Shown here: positions 53,621-63,455 of the stretch, piece after piece
How the letters are laid out: each line of letters starts with the position of its first letter
Position numbering within the stretch: the first letter of the stretch is position 1
From: a virus
Virus record (IMG/VR): IMGVR_UViG_3300046492_000199
Direction: 5' to 3' (one strand)
Length of the DNA stretch: 64,000 nt
Program-made: the position numbers and the translations under genes
The notes under the pieces: generated by a model
What the model saw: only the letters and a program-made list of their open reading frames with translations
Database searches by the model: none
What the model was told of the DNA's origin: nothing

Positions 53621-53657
53621 GGCCCTGTCAAGACATTGTCAGGGCTTTTTATTTTTT
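53621..53657 (+). terminator. intrinsic terminator before the replication gene
   Basis: GCCCTGTCAA-GACA-TTGTCAGGGC followed by TTTTTATTTTTT. Confidence 0.7.
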
Positions 53658-53729
53658 AAAAATGGATCATTAAAGCATTGACTTTTTTGATTTTTTGTGC
53701 CATATAACAAGCATGTGAAAAAAGGCATA

Positions 53730-56700
53730 ATGATGAAGATTACTGAAAACGAGCTTGAAAGGCTTGTTGCTGGTTTATTTGGTGACGGTCTTACTCAAGG
53801 CAATATTGAATTTTTTAATGAAGAAGACAAAGTTTTAAAGACTCGTGACATAGACGAAGTCATCGCTTTCGATCCTACCCACTTCAGCTTGGAAACAACG
53901 GCTCAGGAATTGGTAGGTTTCGCCCTACCTGAAGATGAAGTCCCGGCTCACTATCCCGCACCAAGTGCGACAGGTGGCGGTTTGAAGCTGTGGTTCTACG
54001 AAACCGCGATTGATAGTGATCTCCTGCCCCAAAACGGCGAGCCCATCGTTGAAATTCCGCTGATCCAATATACCTTCAATGAAGATAATTTTTACGAAAC
54101 GTTTGACTTCGATGAAGTAAGCGAATCGTCTGAATTGTTATCGAAAATCGACCGAAAGACAAAAATTACTTTCGCCATGGCTCCAACCGCAGCTGCTAAA
54201 AAGGGTGGCTGGAAGAATGTCGAAGGCACTTTTGGCGATGTTATTGAAATGCTTACCCTTCACCAAGAGGGTAAGAAGGATGGGGCGTGCTTTGTTCAGG
54301 GCGAACTAGCTGGTGGGGATCGTGCCGCTAAGGCCATGGTCAAAAATTATCTAATCGGCTTCGATCTGGATACGGGTGAGACGGCGGAAGAAATTGATAC
54401 CCGCCTCGCTGAAACAGGTCTGGCCTATGTCAGATATACCACTCATTCTCATATGAAGGATGAGTCTGAAGTCAAACGCGATTCCTTTTTCAGGTGGAGC
54501 GAGCGCGATCCTACAAAAAATATCGACATTAATCTCCTCAGAAAATATCTAATTTCTAAGAAGGGTTTCATCCCGCGTGTCGTGGAAAAACTTGAAATCA
54601 TCGAAGACGCTAAAGTCTCCGAAGAAGGTACGCTCACGATTGTCAAGCATCACCAGATGCCGAAGCACAGAATCATTTTCTTCCTATCCGAGCCTTTCGT
54701 GTTTCAGGGCAAAGCAAATCAAATGGAAGAGATTAAGGCGTGGAAAGAGCATTACCACGGCCTAGGGATTGATCTAGGCTTCGTCTACGACCACACTTGT
54801 ATCGATCCGGCCCGTTTGTTCTTCATGCCGCGCCACGCCAAGGATGGGCCGTATGAGACACGTTTCGTAGACGGTGATTATGTCGATCTCCGCTCCTATG
54901 ACCGTGTCGAGATGAAACGTAGTGATAAGGCCGAGCCAGCAAATGCGTTTCAAGACGCTGGTAAATCTCTTGGTGCCACGAGTGAGGGCTTGTTTGTCAA
55001 TGGTTACAACCTGAAGCGTTGGATCATGACAAGGGATTGCGAAATTGTCGATCTGATCGAAGAATTTTATCCAGATGCGATTAAGACACCTCGCACCAAT
55101 GGTCCCGGCTTTCACATCGAATGCCCGTATGAAGATGAGCATACCAAAGCTGGTGGTTTAGGCACATATGCCATCAATGCTTCAGACGGTGATCGCGGCT
55201 TTCATATCCATTGCACTCATAACAGCTGTCAGGGCAGAAATAAACTAGAATACGTTCAGCGCATGGCAGAGCTTGAATGGTTCACGATAGATGATCTTCA
55301 GGACGAGCGCTTTTGCCCCAGCCTTTTGAGAGAAGAAGTTGAGGAAAGAGAAAGTTCTGAACCGCAAGAAGAATTTAACATTGCTGAACTGATCGACTCA
55401 CTTTCACAAGCGAGTAAAAAAGATGACGTGATCGACGCGGTTAGGAAGATTGGCAGGGTCGAAGATTTGGACGAAGATGACTTCGACGTTTATCTGTCTA
55501 AAATCAGCAGAAAAACTAAAGTCCCTAAGAAAATTCTGAAGAAGCACTTACCAACTAAGTTCGAAAAAACTGAGGATGAAAAAAATAAAAAACTTGACGA
55601 ATTGGATAAAAGGCTTCATAAGTACAACGAACGTTATGCAATGGTTGACACTGGATCAAAAGTAGTTATTATGGATTCACATAAGAAAGACATGACGTTT
55701 ACCGGTCGAGATGACTGGAAAGCACTTAAAGCGAATGAGAAAATTTTGGTACATGAAGGAACAGGCGAACCTCGCCTAGAACCGATTTCGAAGATTTGGT
55801 TGGAATGGGAGCAGAGACGCACCTATGAAGGCGTGACTTTCGATCCACGCCCTAATCCAGACCCGTCTAAGTTCAATCTTTTCAATGGGTTTCAAACCGT
55901 GTCCCGCAAAGGTAATTGGGATAAGTTAAAAAATCACATTTTCGAAGTGATTTGCCACAACAACGAAGAGCATTATCTTTGGGTCATGACATGGCTTGCT
56001 CATATCGTGCAACGCCCTTGGGAAAAGAAGGGCTCAGCTATCGTGGTTCGCGGCCTTAAAGGCGTGGGTAAATCTCTCGTCTTCACAATCTTTCAAGATA
56101 TGATGGGCAAGTACGGTATGAGTTCGGCTAATGCGTCCCACATTACGGGACAATTTAACTGGCACTTCAGAGACAAACTGTTTATGATCGCTGAAGAAGG
56201 CTTGTTCGCCGGTAATTCCAGAGAAGATTCGATCCTGAAAGAACTGATCACAGGTTCTTCCCTCCTCATGGAGCCAAAAGGTATCGATGCGTTCCAGATG
56301 GAAAACTTCCTTCGTATCGTGATCATTTCGAACGAAGAATGGGTTGTCAACGCCTCATCCGATGAGCGCCGCTATTTCGTCACTGAAGCCTCAAATAAAT
56401 ATAAAGATAACATCCTGTACTTCAAGGCCATCATTGAACAAATGGAAAATGGCGGCAAGGAAGCGATGATGTACGACTTGCTGCATTTCGAGCCTCAGAC
56501 CGAAGCGGGTTGGGACATTCTGCGTCAGCCGCCTAAGACTGACGCGCTGAGCCAGCAAGTAACACAATCCACACCGCCTTGGGAAAAGTTCTTCATCACG
56601 TTTGTTGAAAACATGGGCGTAGAAGAAGCCTCGGACGATCTGGAAAAAATCGAACTTGAATTTGGTGTTGATAATTGGGTCGATCCTAAGTTCTTGAGGC

Positions 56701-56921
56701 AGTATTACTACAACAGCTTGAAGACCGGTAATTCTCGATACAAGGCCGATCCAAAGACTTTCCAAAAACTTGCTGAGCATTACTTGGATGCAAAAATGGT
56801 TCGAAGAAAGAAAAGAGCCAACGAAGTTTGGATGAAACTACCACCACTAGAGACTATCATAGATCATATCCAAAATAACCTAAAAATTAAACTTGACATG
56901 CTCAACATTACGGAAGAATAA
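53730..56921 (+). CDS. primase/helicase: AEP-like primase, Zn-binding module, D5-like SF3 helicase
   Basis: GFDLD, YTTHSH, KHRIIFFL, D.ARLFF.P; CPYEDEH..HCTHNSC; Walker A RGLKGVGKS, Walker B MIAEE, LKELITG, IISN, DERRY. Confidence 0.85.
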   Translation: MMKITENELERLVAGLFGDGLTQGNIEFFNEEDKVLKTRDIDEVIAFDPTHFSLETTAQELVGFALPEDEVPAHYPAPSATGGGLKLWFYETAIDSDLLPQNGEPIVEIPLIQYTFNEDNFYETFDFDEVSESSELLSKIDRKTKITFAMAPTAAAKKGGWKNVEGTFGDVIEMLTLHQEGKKDGACFVQGELAGGDRAAKAMVKNYLIGFDLDTGETAEEIDTRLAETGLAYVRYTTHSHMKDESEVKRDSFFRWSERDPTKNIDINLLRKYLISKKGFIPRVVEKLEIIEDAKVSEEGTLTIVKHHQMPKHRIIFFLSEPFVFQGKANQMEEIKAWKEHYHGLGIDLGFVYDHTCIDPARLFFMPRHAKDGPYETRFVDGDYVDLRSYDRVEMKRSDKAEPANAFQDAGKSLGATSEGLFVNGYNLKRWIMTRDCEIVDLIEEFYPDAIKTPRTNGPGFHIECPYEDEHTKAGGLGTYAINASDGDRGFHIHCTHNSCQGRNKLEYVQRMAELEWFTIDDLQDERFCPSLLREEVEERESSEPQEEFNIAELIDSLSQASKKDDVIDAVRKIGRVEDLDEDDFDVYLSKISRKTKVPKKILKKHLPTKFEKTEDEKNKKLDELDKRLHKYNERYAMVDTGSKVVIMDSHKKDMTFTGRDDWKALKANEKILVHEGTGEPRLEPISKIWLEWEQRRTYEGVTFDPRPNPDPSKFNLFNGFQTVSRKGNWDKLKNHIFEVICHNNEEHYLWVMTWLAHIVQRPWEKKGSAIVVRGLKGVGKSLVFTIFQDMMGKYGMSSANASHITGQFNWHFRDKLFMIAEEGLFAGNSREDSILKELITGSSLLMEPKGIDAFQMENFLRIVIISNEEWVVNASSDERRYFVTEASNKYKDNILYFKAIIEQMENGGKEAMMYDLLHFEPQTEAGWDILRQPPKTDALSQQVTQSTPPWEKFFITFVENMGVEEASDDLEKIELEFGVDNWVDPKFLRQYYYNSLKTGNSRYKADPKTFQKLAEHYLDAKMVRRKKRANEVWMKLPPLETIIDHIQNNLKIKLDMLNITEE

Positions 56922-57190
56922 AATGCAGCGAAATATGTTTGGACTAAAAATTATTGAAAATATGGACGACATGGTAGAAGCCATGGAAGATTACGAAATT
57001 GATGAATTTTATGTAACTCTTGAAAAGGACAGAGAATCCAGTGGTTGGAAAGCCTTCTTTTTTCTAACAGTTGATGGCGAATCGTTAGCAGAAACTGATT
57101 CATGGTTCACTAGTAAAGCTGAACTGATTGAAGATATCGTGTCTGTTTTTGGCGAAGATGTAGATATTTTGAATTGAATTATTGAGAATG

Positions 57191-57229
57191 AAGATTCCGC
57201 TTGACAAAAGCGGAATCTTCTGTTATAAG
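57191..57229 (+). promoter_or_regulatory. promoter of the NAD operon, with an 11-bp inverted repeat around the -35
   Basis: AAGATTCCGCT-TGACAAA-AGCGGAATCTT; TTGACA(57201)-17-TATAAG(57224). Confidence 0.7.
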
Positions 57230-57266
57230 TCGAATGTTAAATGAAATGGCAAGAGAAGGAGTTTCT

Positions 57267-58337
57267 ATGCCGGGTATTAAATACGACTACGGCGTCTTCA
57301 TTGGACGCTATGCACCAATGCACGACGGTCATTTTAAAGTAATGACCGAAGCACTTGAGCAATGCGATTATTTGATCGTAGTTTGCGGTTCCGATAATAT
57401 GGCGCGGAACACCAGAACCCCCTTCACAGCATTAGAGCGTCAACACATGATTCGTCTAGCCACGAATCATAATGAACGGATTCTGCTTACAAGTGTTGGC
57501 GATTATCCTTACAATGATAATCTCTGGCTCGCAGAGGTTCAGCGCGCCGTAAATGAAGCCATCGTGTTGAACGAAAAGCAGCACACAGTTAGTTACACGA
57601 ATAAAGGCTTTAAAGATTATAACTACAAAATAGCTTTGGCCGGAATGCACAAAGATGCCAGTAGTTTTTATCTGAAGAAGTTCCCTCAATACGAATCTAT
57701 TGCAGTGACGCCTGACATGATCGGGAGTGTTGTACTGAGTGCTACCGAAATCAGGACAAAACTTTTCACCGGAGCGTTTGATACGGTGAAGCACTTGCAT
57801 CCAGAGGTACAATCCCTAATTCTTGGTGACATGAATGCGCGCCCTGATATTTGGGACAGGCTTCGATCCGATTGGGAATATGAACTAGGCTACGAAGCGA
57901 AATGGGGCAAAGGTCCACACACCACGGTAGACAATGCTGTGATCCAAGCCGGTCATATCCTTCTCATCCAGAGAGGGAATGAGTATGGCGAAGGTCTATA
58001 TGCTCTTCCGGGTGGTTTTGTAAATCGTGAACGATTGCTTCACGCAGCTGTTCGAGAACTTCGCGAAGAGACTAAACTAAAAGTACCTGAGAAGGTTCTT
58101 TTTGGCTCATTAAAGGCTGTTAAGGTCTATGATGATCCATTTAGGAGCAATCGCAGTCACATCATCACTCACTGCCACAAATATGTGCTTGAAGATGTGA
58201 GCGCTGGCCTTCCCAAAGTCAAGGGTAGTGATGACGCCAAATGGGCAGGTTGGGTGCCTATTTCTGAACTAAAACAAATGCGTGGTCAGTTCTTTGAGGA
58301 CCATGAGAGTCTTATCCAGTCAATTTTAACAGCATAA
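57267..58337 (+). CDS. nadM: bifunctional NMN adenylyltransferase / Nudix (ADP-ribose) hydrolase
   Basis: IGRYAPMHDGH, PFTA.ER, SAT.IR; Nudix box GGFVNRERLLHAAVRELREET, DDA..A.W, FEDH; SD GAAGGAG before the ATG at 57267. Confidence 0.9.
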   Translation: MPGIKYDYGVFIGRYAPMHDGHFKVMTEALEQCDYLIVVCGSDNMARNTRTPFTALERQHMIRLATNHNERILLTSVGDYPYNDNLWLAEVQRAVNEAIVLNEKQHTVSYTNKGFKDYNYKIALAGMHKDASSFYLKKFPQYESIAVTPDMIGSVVLSATEIRTKLFTGAFDTVKHLHPEVQSLILGDMNARPDIWDRLRSDWEYELGYEAKWGKGPHTTVDNAVIQAGHILLIQRGNEYGEGLYALPGGFVNRERLLHAAVRELREETKLKVPEKVLFGSLKAVKVYDDPFRSNRSHIITHCHKYVLEDVSAGLPKVKGSDDAKWAGWVPISELKQMRGQFFEDHESLIQSILTA

Positions 58338-58352
58338 ATGAAGGAGCTTCAT

Positions 58353-59756
58353 ATGTTTAAACGTAATCCCGTAATCTCAACAGACAGTTATAAAATTTCA
58401 CATTTTAAGCAGTATCCTCCCGGTACTACTGAAGTAAGCTCATATATTGAATCTCGCGGCGGGCCATTCAATAATGTTGTCTTCAATGGCCTCCAAGGCT
58501 TTATGATGGAGAAACTTGAAGGTCCAAGAATTACCATCGAAGACGTTTTCAACGCAGAAAAAGTCGCGGAAGCTCATGGCGAACCTTTCAACAGGGAAGG
58601 TTGGGAGCGTATTGTTTATAAGCACGGCGGCATGTACCCTGTAGAGATTCAAGCCCTTCCCGAAGGATTTGTGACACGTCCCGGCGTTCCTTTGGTACAA
58701 ATTAAGAACACTGATCCTGAACTTCCATGGCTGACTTCTTATCTGGAAACTTCTTTGCTGCGCTCGATATGGTTCCCGGTAACGGTAGCCTCTCTCAGCC
58801 GTTCTATCAAAGAAGTTATTTATGATAACCTGAAAGCGACTTCTGATAATCCAGAAGCCGAACTTCCGTTCAAGCTGCACGATTTTTCGGCTCGCGGCGT
58901 ATCTTCTCAAGAAAGTGCAGAGATTGGCTCAACTGCTCACCTCCTAAACTTTATGGGAACGGATAGCATTGAGGCAATTCCTTACTTGCAATACGTCTAC
59001 GGCTATGCAGACATGCCGGGATATAGCATTGCTGCATCCGAGCATAGCACTATCACTAGTTGGGGCAGGGAAAATGAAATTCTTGCCTACAGTAACATGA
59101 TTGAGCAATTCGGCGGCGAAGGAAAAATCTACGCCTGCGTCAGTGACAGTTACGATATCTATAAAGCTGTGACTGAAATGTGGGGCAATGTGCTCAAGGA
59201 AAAGATTATCGCTAAAGGTGGAACCTTGGTGATCAGGCCAGACAGCGGTGATCCTGTAGAAATCACGCTTGAAGTCGTGAAGCGATTGGATGACGCATTT
59301 GGCAGCACCATTAATTCTAAGGGTTACAAGGTTCTACATCCCTCGGTTAGAATTATTCAGGGTGATGGAATTAACATTGATTCTATTAAAGCGATAGGTG
59401 AAAACTTTAAAGCCAATGGATATAGTGGTTCCAATATAGCGTATGGTATGGGCGGCGCTCTTCTTCAGCGAATTGATCGTGACACGATGAAATTTGCTAT
59501 GAAGGCAAACGAAATTGTAGTCAATGGCGAACCTCGCGAAGTCTACAAAGACCCTGTTACTGACACTGGCAAGCGCTCCAAGCGAGGTAGACAAGCCGTT
59601 GTAGCTTCCCATCATGGACACATTGTGATCCCTGAGAAGGATTGGATAGGCACAGGAGAACATAACTTCCTACAGCCTGTGTTCCGAGACGGCGTTATTC
59701 TAAAGCGTTGGACTTGGGATGAAGCTAGGGCTTACGCCTCGTTAAACACTATGTGA
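58353..59756 (+). CDS. nadV: nicotinamide phosphoribosyltransferase (NAMPT)
   Basis: TDSYK.SH..QYP, KLHDFSARG, GTD, ASEHS, SDSYD, IRPDSG, IIQGDG, GMGGALLQ, KDP.TD.GK.SK.G. Confidence 0.92.
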   Translation: MFKRNPVISTDSYKISHFKQYPPGTTEVSSYIESRGGPFNNVVFNGLQGFMMEKLEGPRITIEDVFNAEKVAEAHGEPFNREGWERIVYKHGGMYPVEIQALPEGFVTRPGVPLVQIKNTDPELPWLTSYLETSLLRSIWFPVTVASLSRSIKEVIYDNLKATSDNPEAELPFKLHDFSARGVSSQESAEIGSTAHLLNFMGTDSIEAIPYLQYVYGYADMPGYSIAASEHSTITSWGRENEILAYSNMIEQFGGEGKIYACVSDSYDIYKAVTEMWGNVLKEKIIAKGGTLVIRPDSGDPVEITLEVVKRLDDAFGSTINSKGYKVLHPSVRIIQGDGINIDSIKAIGENFKANGYSGSNIAYGMGGALLQRIDRDTMKFAMKANEIVVNGEPREVYKDPVTDTGKRSKRGRQAVVASHHGHIVIPEKDWIGTGEHNFLQPVFRDGVILKRWTWDEARAYASLNTM

Positions 59757-59767
59757 TCTAAAACATT

Positions 59768-59790
59768 AGCCCGCTTCGGCGGGCTTTTTG
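59768..59790 (+). terminator. intrinsic terminator
   Basis: AGCCCGC-TTCG-GCGGGCT followed by TTTTG (cUUCGg loop). Confidence 0.85.
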
Positions 59791-59806
59791 TTGTCCTGAA
59801 TATAAG

Positions 59807-59835
59807 TCAAAAAGAAGGCCCGCTGACGCGGACCT
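59807..59835 (-). terminator. intrinsic terminator for the convergent minus-strand block
   Basis: AGGTCCGC-GTCA-GCGGGCCT followed by TCTTTTTG. Confidence 0.7.
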
Positions 59836-60313
59836 ACACTAGTTTATTGAATTGTTGTCGCACTACTTTTGTGAATAGTATTAGAGTTAATCTAGAACCA
59901 CAGCCAACGCTGAAGCGGTAACTATTGCGGTAGTCAATAAGAGCGCAGGCATTCTATATTGCTCGTTCTCCCAATGCCCGATTGTTATGAACCAGCTGAA
60001 AAAGAACACGACCCACGGCGTAAGTAGTATCATCGCTATCAGAGAGCAGATGTGACTCATCACCAATCACCCTCTTCATCGGCCTTACCAACGATCCAGC
60101 TGTAACTCTCATCATCTTCAGGGTCGTTCAACGCTTCCATGATCTCGGCATATTCATCAAGAATGTCTGATTCGCGTTTCGTGACTGGATTACCCATGAA
60201 TTTCGTTCTCCTTGATTAAGTCTTTCAGTTCTTTTTGGTAAACTTCGTTGCCCGTTGTGTCATACATGTGGCAAAGAAAATCGATGATGCTTTCGAGTTG
60301 GTCTTTTTCTGCG

Positions 60314-60703
60314 TTATCCATAGACTTCTGTTAGGTTCCTGATTGCTGTTTTGATGTAGTTGTCGATCTTGGGCGCACGTTGTGGCAGTTCGGAAAGGCC
60401 GGTGCCTAGGCCGTCGAGAGGGATGATCAGTATGCCGTCAAGCGCGAGATGCTCATAGACCGGCTCCATATCAACGAGATAATGGTCTTCAAATAGATCG
60501 AAGTCATCATCGCTGAAAAAGCTGTTGTCATATTGAGAAGGGAGTTTCTTTGTCGCGATGCCAACGGCGTTAGGTTCGCCCCGCATTTCTTTTGCCTGTC
60601 CACCTAAGCCTTGACGCTTCAGGTTGTCTCCGAAGAGATATAGGACGTGGGGATTGGCTTGTAGATCGACGCGGTAAATAAATTTCTGGAAGATTACTGG
60701 CAT
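60314..60703 (-). CDS. conserved phage protein, possibly macro/SLOG-like alpha/beta nucleotide-binding fold
   Basis: YLFGDNL.R.G.GGQA..MRGEPNAVGIATK..P..G.GTG. Confidence 0.5.
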   Translation of the reverse strand: MPVIFQKFIYRVDLQANPHVLYLFGDNLKRQGLGGQAKEMRGEPNAVGIATKKLPSQYDNSFFSDDDFDLFEDHYLVDMEPVYEHLALDGILIIPLDGLGTGLSELPQRAPKIDNYIKTAIRNLTEVYG

Positions 60704-61013
60704 TTTGCAACGGTCTCCGTGGCGATTTTCTCTGCCTGCTCTTTTGTTAGTTCCGTGCTATGCATAATGATTTTGGTTAAATCGTTTCTAAGAAATGTCG
60801 TTAGTGTTTTCTCAGAAAATACTTTACTTTTTTTGATCATTCGTATCCTCATTTTCAATGCGTTTAAAACCATGTACGGCACAATCTTTGTGATACCGTG
60901 CCACTATCTTACCGTCTGGCCTTATAAAGTCAACCGCTTCAGATGGTTTAATGTTGCCTTGAACAGGGTCACAGGAGCAAATTTTTTCTTCAGTCATTAT
61001 GTTTCTTTTTGTA

Positions 61014-61065
61014 TTGACTTTTTGATTATGACGTGATATCTAACACACTTATTAACGAAAGTCAA
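61014..61065. promoter_or_regulatory. symmetric bidirectional promoter
   Basis: Plus TTGACT(61014-19)-17-TATCTA and minus TTGACT(61065-60)-17-TAGATA use the same hexamer, 61037-61042. Confidence 0.7.
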
Positions 61066-61310
61066 GAGTTAAGTGATTATAATTTATAATAATTTTGAGT
61101 GGGTCTATTTCTCGGAGCAGTTTGATTACTACATTGTCTCAGGTTATGTCATGACTTGTCCCTGCCCCGTCACTGGTGATCCAATTATTCACGACGTTAT
61201 TGTTGACGAAATTTGGGACGTGGAACAAAATAATAACTTGACAAATGTGATCGGACATGATTGGATAGCCTCGAATTTAGATAATCGCATATATTAATTA
61301 GGCATTTTTA

Positions 61311-63455
61311 ATGAAAACAAATACAGTAGCTAATGATGACGTGCTGGTTCATGGCGCGCGGCAGACCAGAAAGTTTAGCATCGCGGCTAATGGTAAAGCC
61401 TTCAAAATTCTTATCGACGGCATTTACTCAAATAAAATTCAAGCCATTGTCAGGGAAATTTCTTCTAACGCTTTTGATGCACATATCGGGGCGAATAGGA
61501 GCGAAACTCCTTTCGATATTCAACTTCCCAATCTTCTTGATCCAAGTTTCAGCGTCAGAGATTATGGCACCTCACTGTCTCACGAAGACATTATGGGTCT
61601 TTATACCACTTTGTTTGAAAGCACGAAAGAGGATTCTAACGATGAAATCGGTAAGTTTGGTCTCGGATCGAAGACGCCATTTGCCTATACCGACAATTTC
61701 ACTGTAACAGCCTTTCTTCGTGGCACGAAGCGTGTCTATGCTGCATATATCGATGTCAAGGGCGAGCCTAATATCTCCCTCATGGCTTCGGAAGACACGG
61801 ACGAACATGATGGCCTAATGGTTTCATTCCCGGTTAACTCCAAGGATTGTGAACGCTTCAGGGTTGAATGTGAAAAAGTAGTCGAAGGTTTTGATATTAA
61901 GCCAAATATTCGTGGCGCTAAAATCTCGTTGAAGCGCCACGGCGAGACCATCAAAGAAGGCTCTAACTTCAAGGTCTATCCTAATGGCGGGGCGCGCGCC
62001 AAGCAAGGCTGCGTAATTTACCCCATTGATCTTGACGCCCTGCCCTCATTGACACAGCAGCAGAAGAATATCCTGACTTCTGATATTTTAATTGATTTTC
62101 CAATTGGCGAACTTGATATCACGCCGAGCCGCGAAATGCTGAGCTATGACGATATCACGATCCAGAATATTTTGGATATGGCTGAGAAAATTGACGCCGA
62201 AATCTTAGGCGATATGGAACAGCAATATTCTAAGATGAGAACTATGCATGAGGCGCGATGCTTCATGACAAGGCATAAAAATGCTGCACTCAAGACTATC
62301 AGCAATTTCGCAACCAATCTACGGTTCAACGGCAAGACCGTGTCCAGCCATTCCAACATGCAGCGCGACAAGCTTAAAAAAATCTACGGCGCAAGCATTT
62401 ATAATGTTGATGGCTATGACATTAGGAACTTGAAAACGCTAAAATACAAAGGCGATAAGGGTTATGTTACGAGTTGGGACGTTGATGAAGGAACGATGTT
62501 TCTTGTCGAAGATTATCGTGACCCTAATAAGGCAGTTAAACTAGTCAATGCAAGGATTCGCAACAATTTAGGTGATCATACCAATATCGTCTGGATCAGA
62601 GATTACGGTATGACGGACAAGCAATTTAGGCAGTTGCGTAAGCTACTCGGCTACCCACCTAAGTTTTATAAACTTTCGGACTTCCAACTCCCGGTTCGTG
62701 AGAAGACTGTCAGGTCTTACAATTATGACCCTGTGCCTCGCATCGCGCGCCACGAAATCCGTGCCGAGAAAGTGAATAGTAGCAACCAGACCTACGAATA
62801 TATCTTCGATCTGAATAATCTCTCGCAAGACACCAAATATCTTTTTTTCTATAAGGGATATTTCTTAAGCAATGAGGCAGATGCAGACAGCGGCGTAGTC
62901 AATATTAATAACTATTTTACCAAGGAAGAGCTTGACAGTTTTATCGTTGTTCGTAATAAGCACTTGGAAAAAATTAAAAAATTAGGATTCACCAATGCTT
63001 TGACCGAAAAGCGTGACGCACTTGAGCAAATTCTCGATTTCCAAGCGTTTAACGCGCGGGCTGAGTTAGATAAAGAAATGAACCATTGGATTAAAAAATA
63101 TGCCAATGACTTAAGTGCTTTAGAGTATGACAGTGACACTTCGTTTAAAAAAGTGCTTGACTTTTTACGTAGATATGCTAATAACGATGAGAGTGACACC
63201 AACAGCGCTAACATTGCGTTGTGGAAACGACTCGTTCCTCTCTCAGCCTATGTCGCTAAAAAAGATGAATTCCCTGTAGAATTCACAGGTGCTGACACTC
63301 TCAGCTATTGGGTAGATAAATTTAAAGCGGATTACCCTCTCGTAAATCTGTATCTCCCGACATATACCAGCAGTGAATTTTACAAAAATTTAGAACATAT
63401 TTTTAATTACATCAAAATGGTTGACAAAGAAAATGGCCAAAATATTATTACATAA
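61311..63455 (+). CDS. rIIA: RIIA-like protein (N-terminal GHKL/Hsp90-like ATPase)
   Basis: IYSNK..AIVREI.SNA.DAH, F.VRDYG, STKE.SN..IG.FGLGSK.PFAYT..F.V. Confidence 0.88.
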   Translation: MKTNTVANDDVLVHGARQTRKFSIAANGKAFKILIDGIYSNKIQAIVREISSNAFDAHIGANRSETPFDIQLPNLLDPSFSVRDYGTSLSHEDIMGLYTTLFESTKEDSNDEIGKFGLGSKTPFAYTDNFTVTAFLRGTKRVYAAYIDVKGEPNISLMASEDTDEHDGLMVSFPVNSKDCERFRVECEKVVEGFDIKPNIRGAKISLKRHGETIKEGSNFKVYPNGGARAKQGCVIYPIDLDALPSLTQQQKNILTSDILIDFPIGELDITPSREMLSYDDITIQNILDMAEKIDAEILGDMEQQYSKMRTMHEARCFMTRHKNAALKTISNFATNLRFNGKTVSSHSNMQRDKLKKIYGASIYNVDGYDIRNLKTLKYKGDKGYVTSWDVDEGTMFLVEDYRDPNKAVKLVNARIRNNLGDHTNIVWIRDYGMTDKQFRQLRKLLGYPPKFYKLSDFQLPVREKTVRSYNYDPVPRIARHEIRAEKVNSSNQTYEYIFDLNNLSQDTKYLFFYKGYFLSNEADADSGVVNINNYFTKEELDSFIVVRNKHLEKIKKLGFTNALTEKRDALEQILDFQAFNARAELDKEMNHWIKKYANDLSALEYDSDTSFKKVLDFLRRYANNDESDTNSANIALWKRLVPLSAYVAKKDEFPVEFTGADTLSYWVDKFKADYPLVNLYLPTYTSSEFYKNLEHIFNYIKMVDKENGQNIIT

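Noticed and set aside
57201-57266. ORF-track N-terminal extensions (NadM from 57201, primase from 53697, and 3830-4150, 12338-13063, 28337-28849 at full length)
   Set aside because: These starts coincide with promoter or leader elements; downstream ATGs have proper SD sequences or follow the promoter.
956-63214. Many opposite-strand or nested ORFs in the track (for example 956-1324, 12960-13523, 16350-16784, 30298-30819, 36933-37547, 39663-40259, 58440-58910)
   Set aside because: They are antisense shadows of well-supported genes, with no SD and no motifs.
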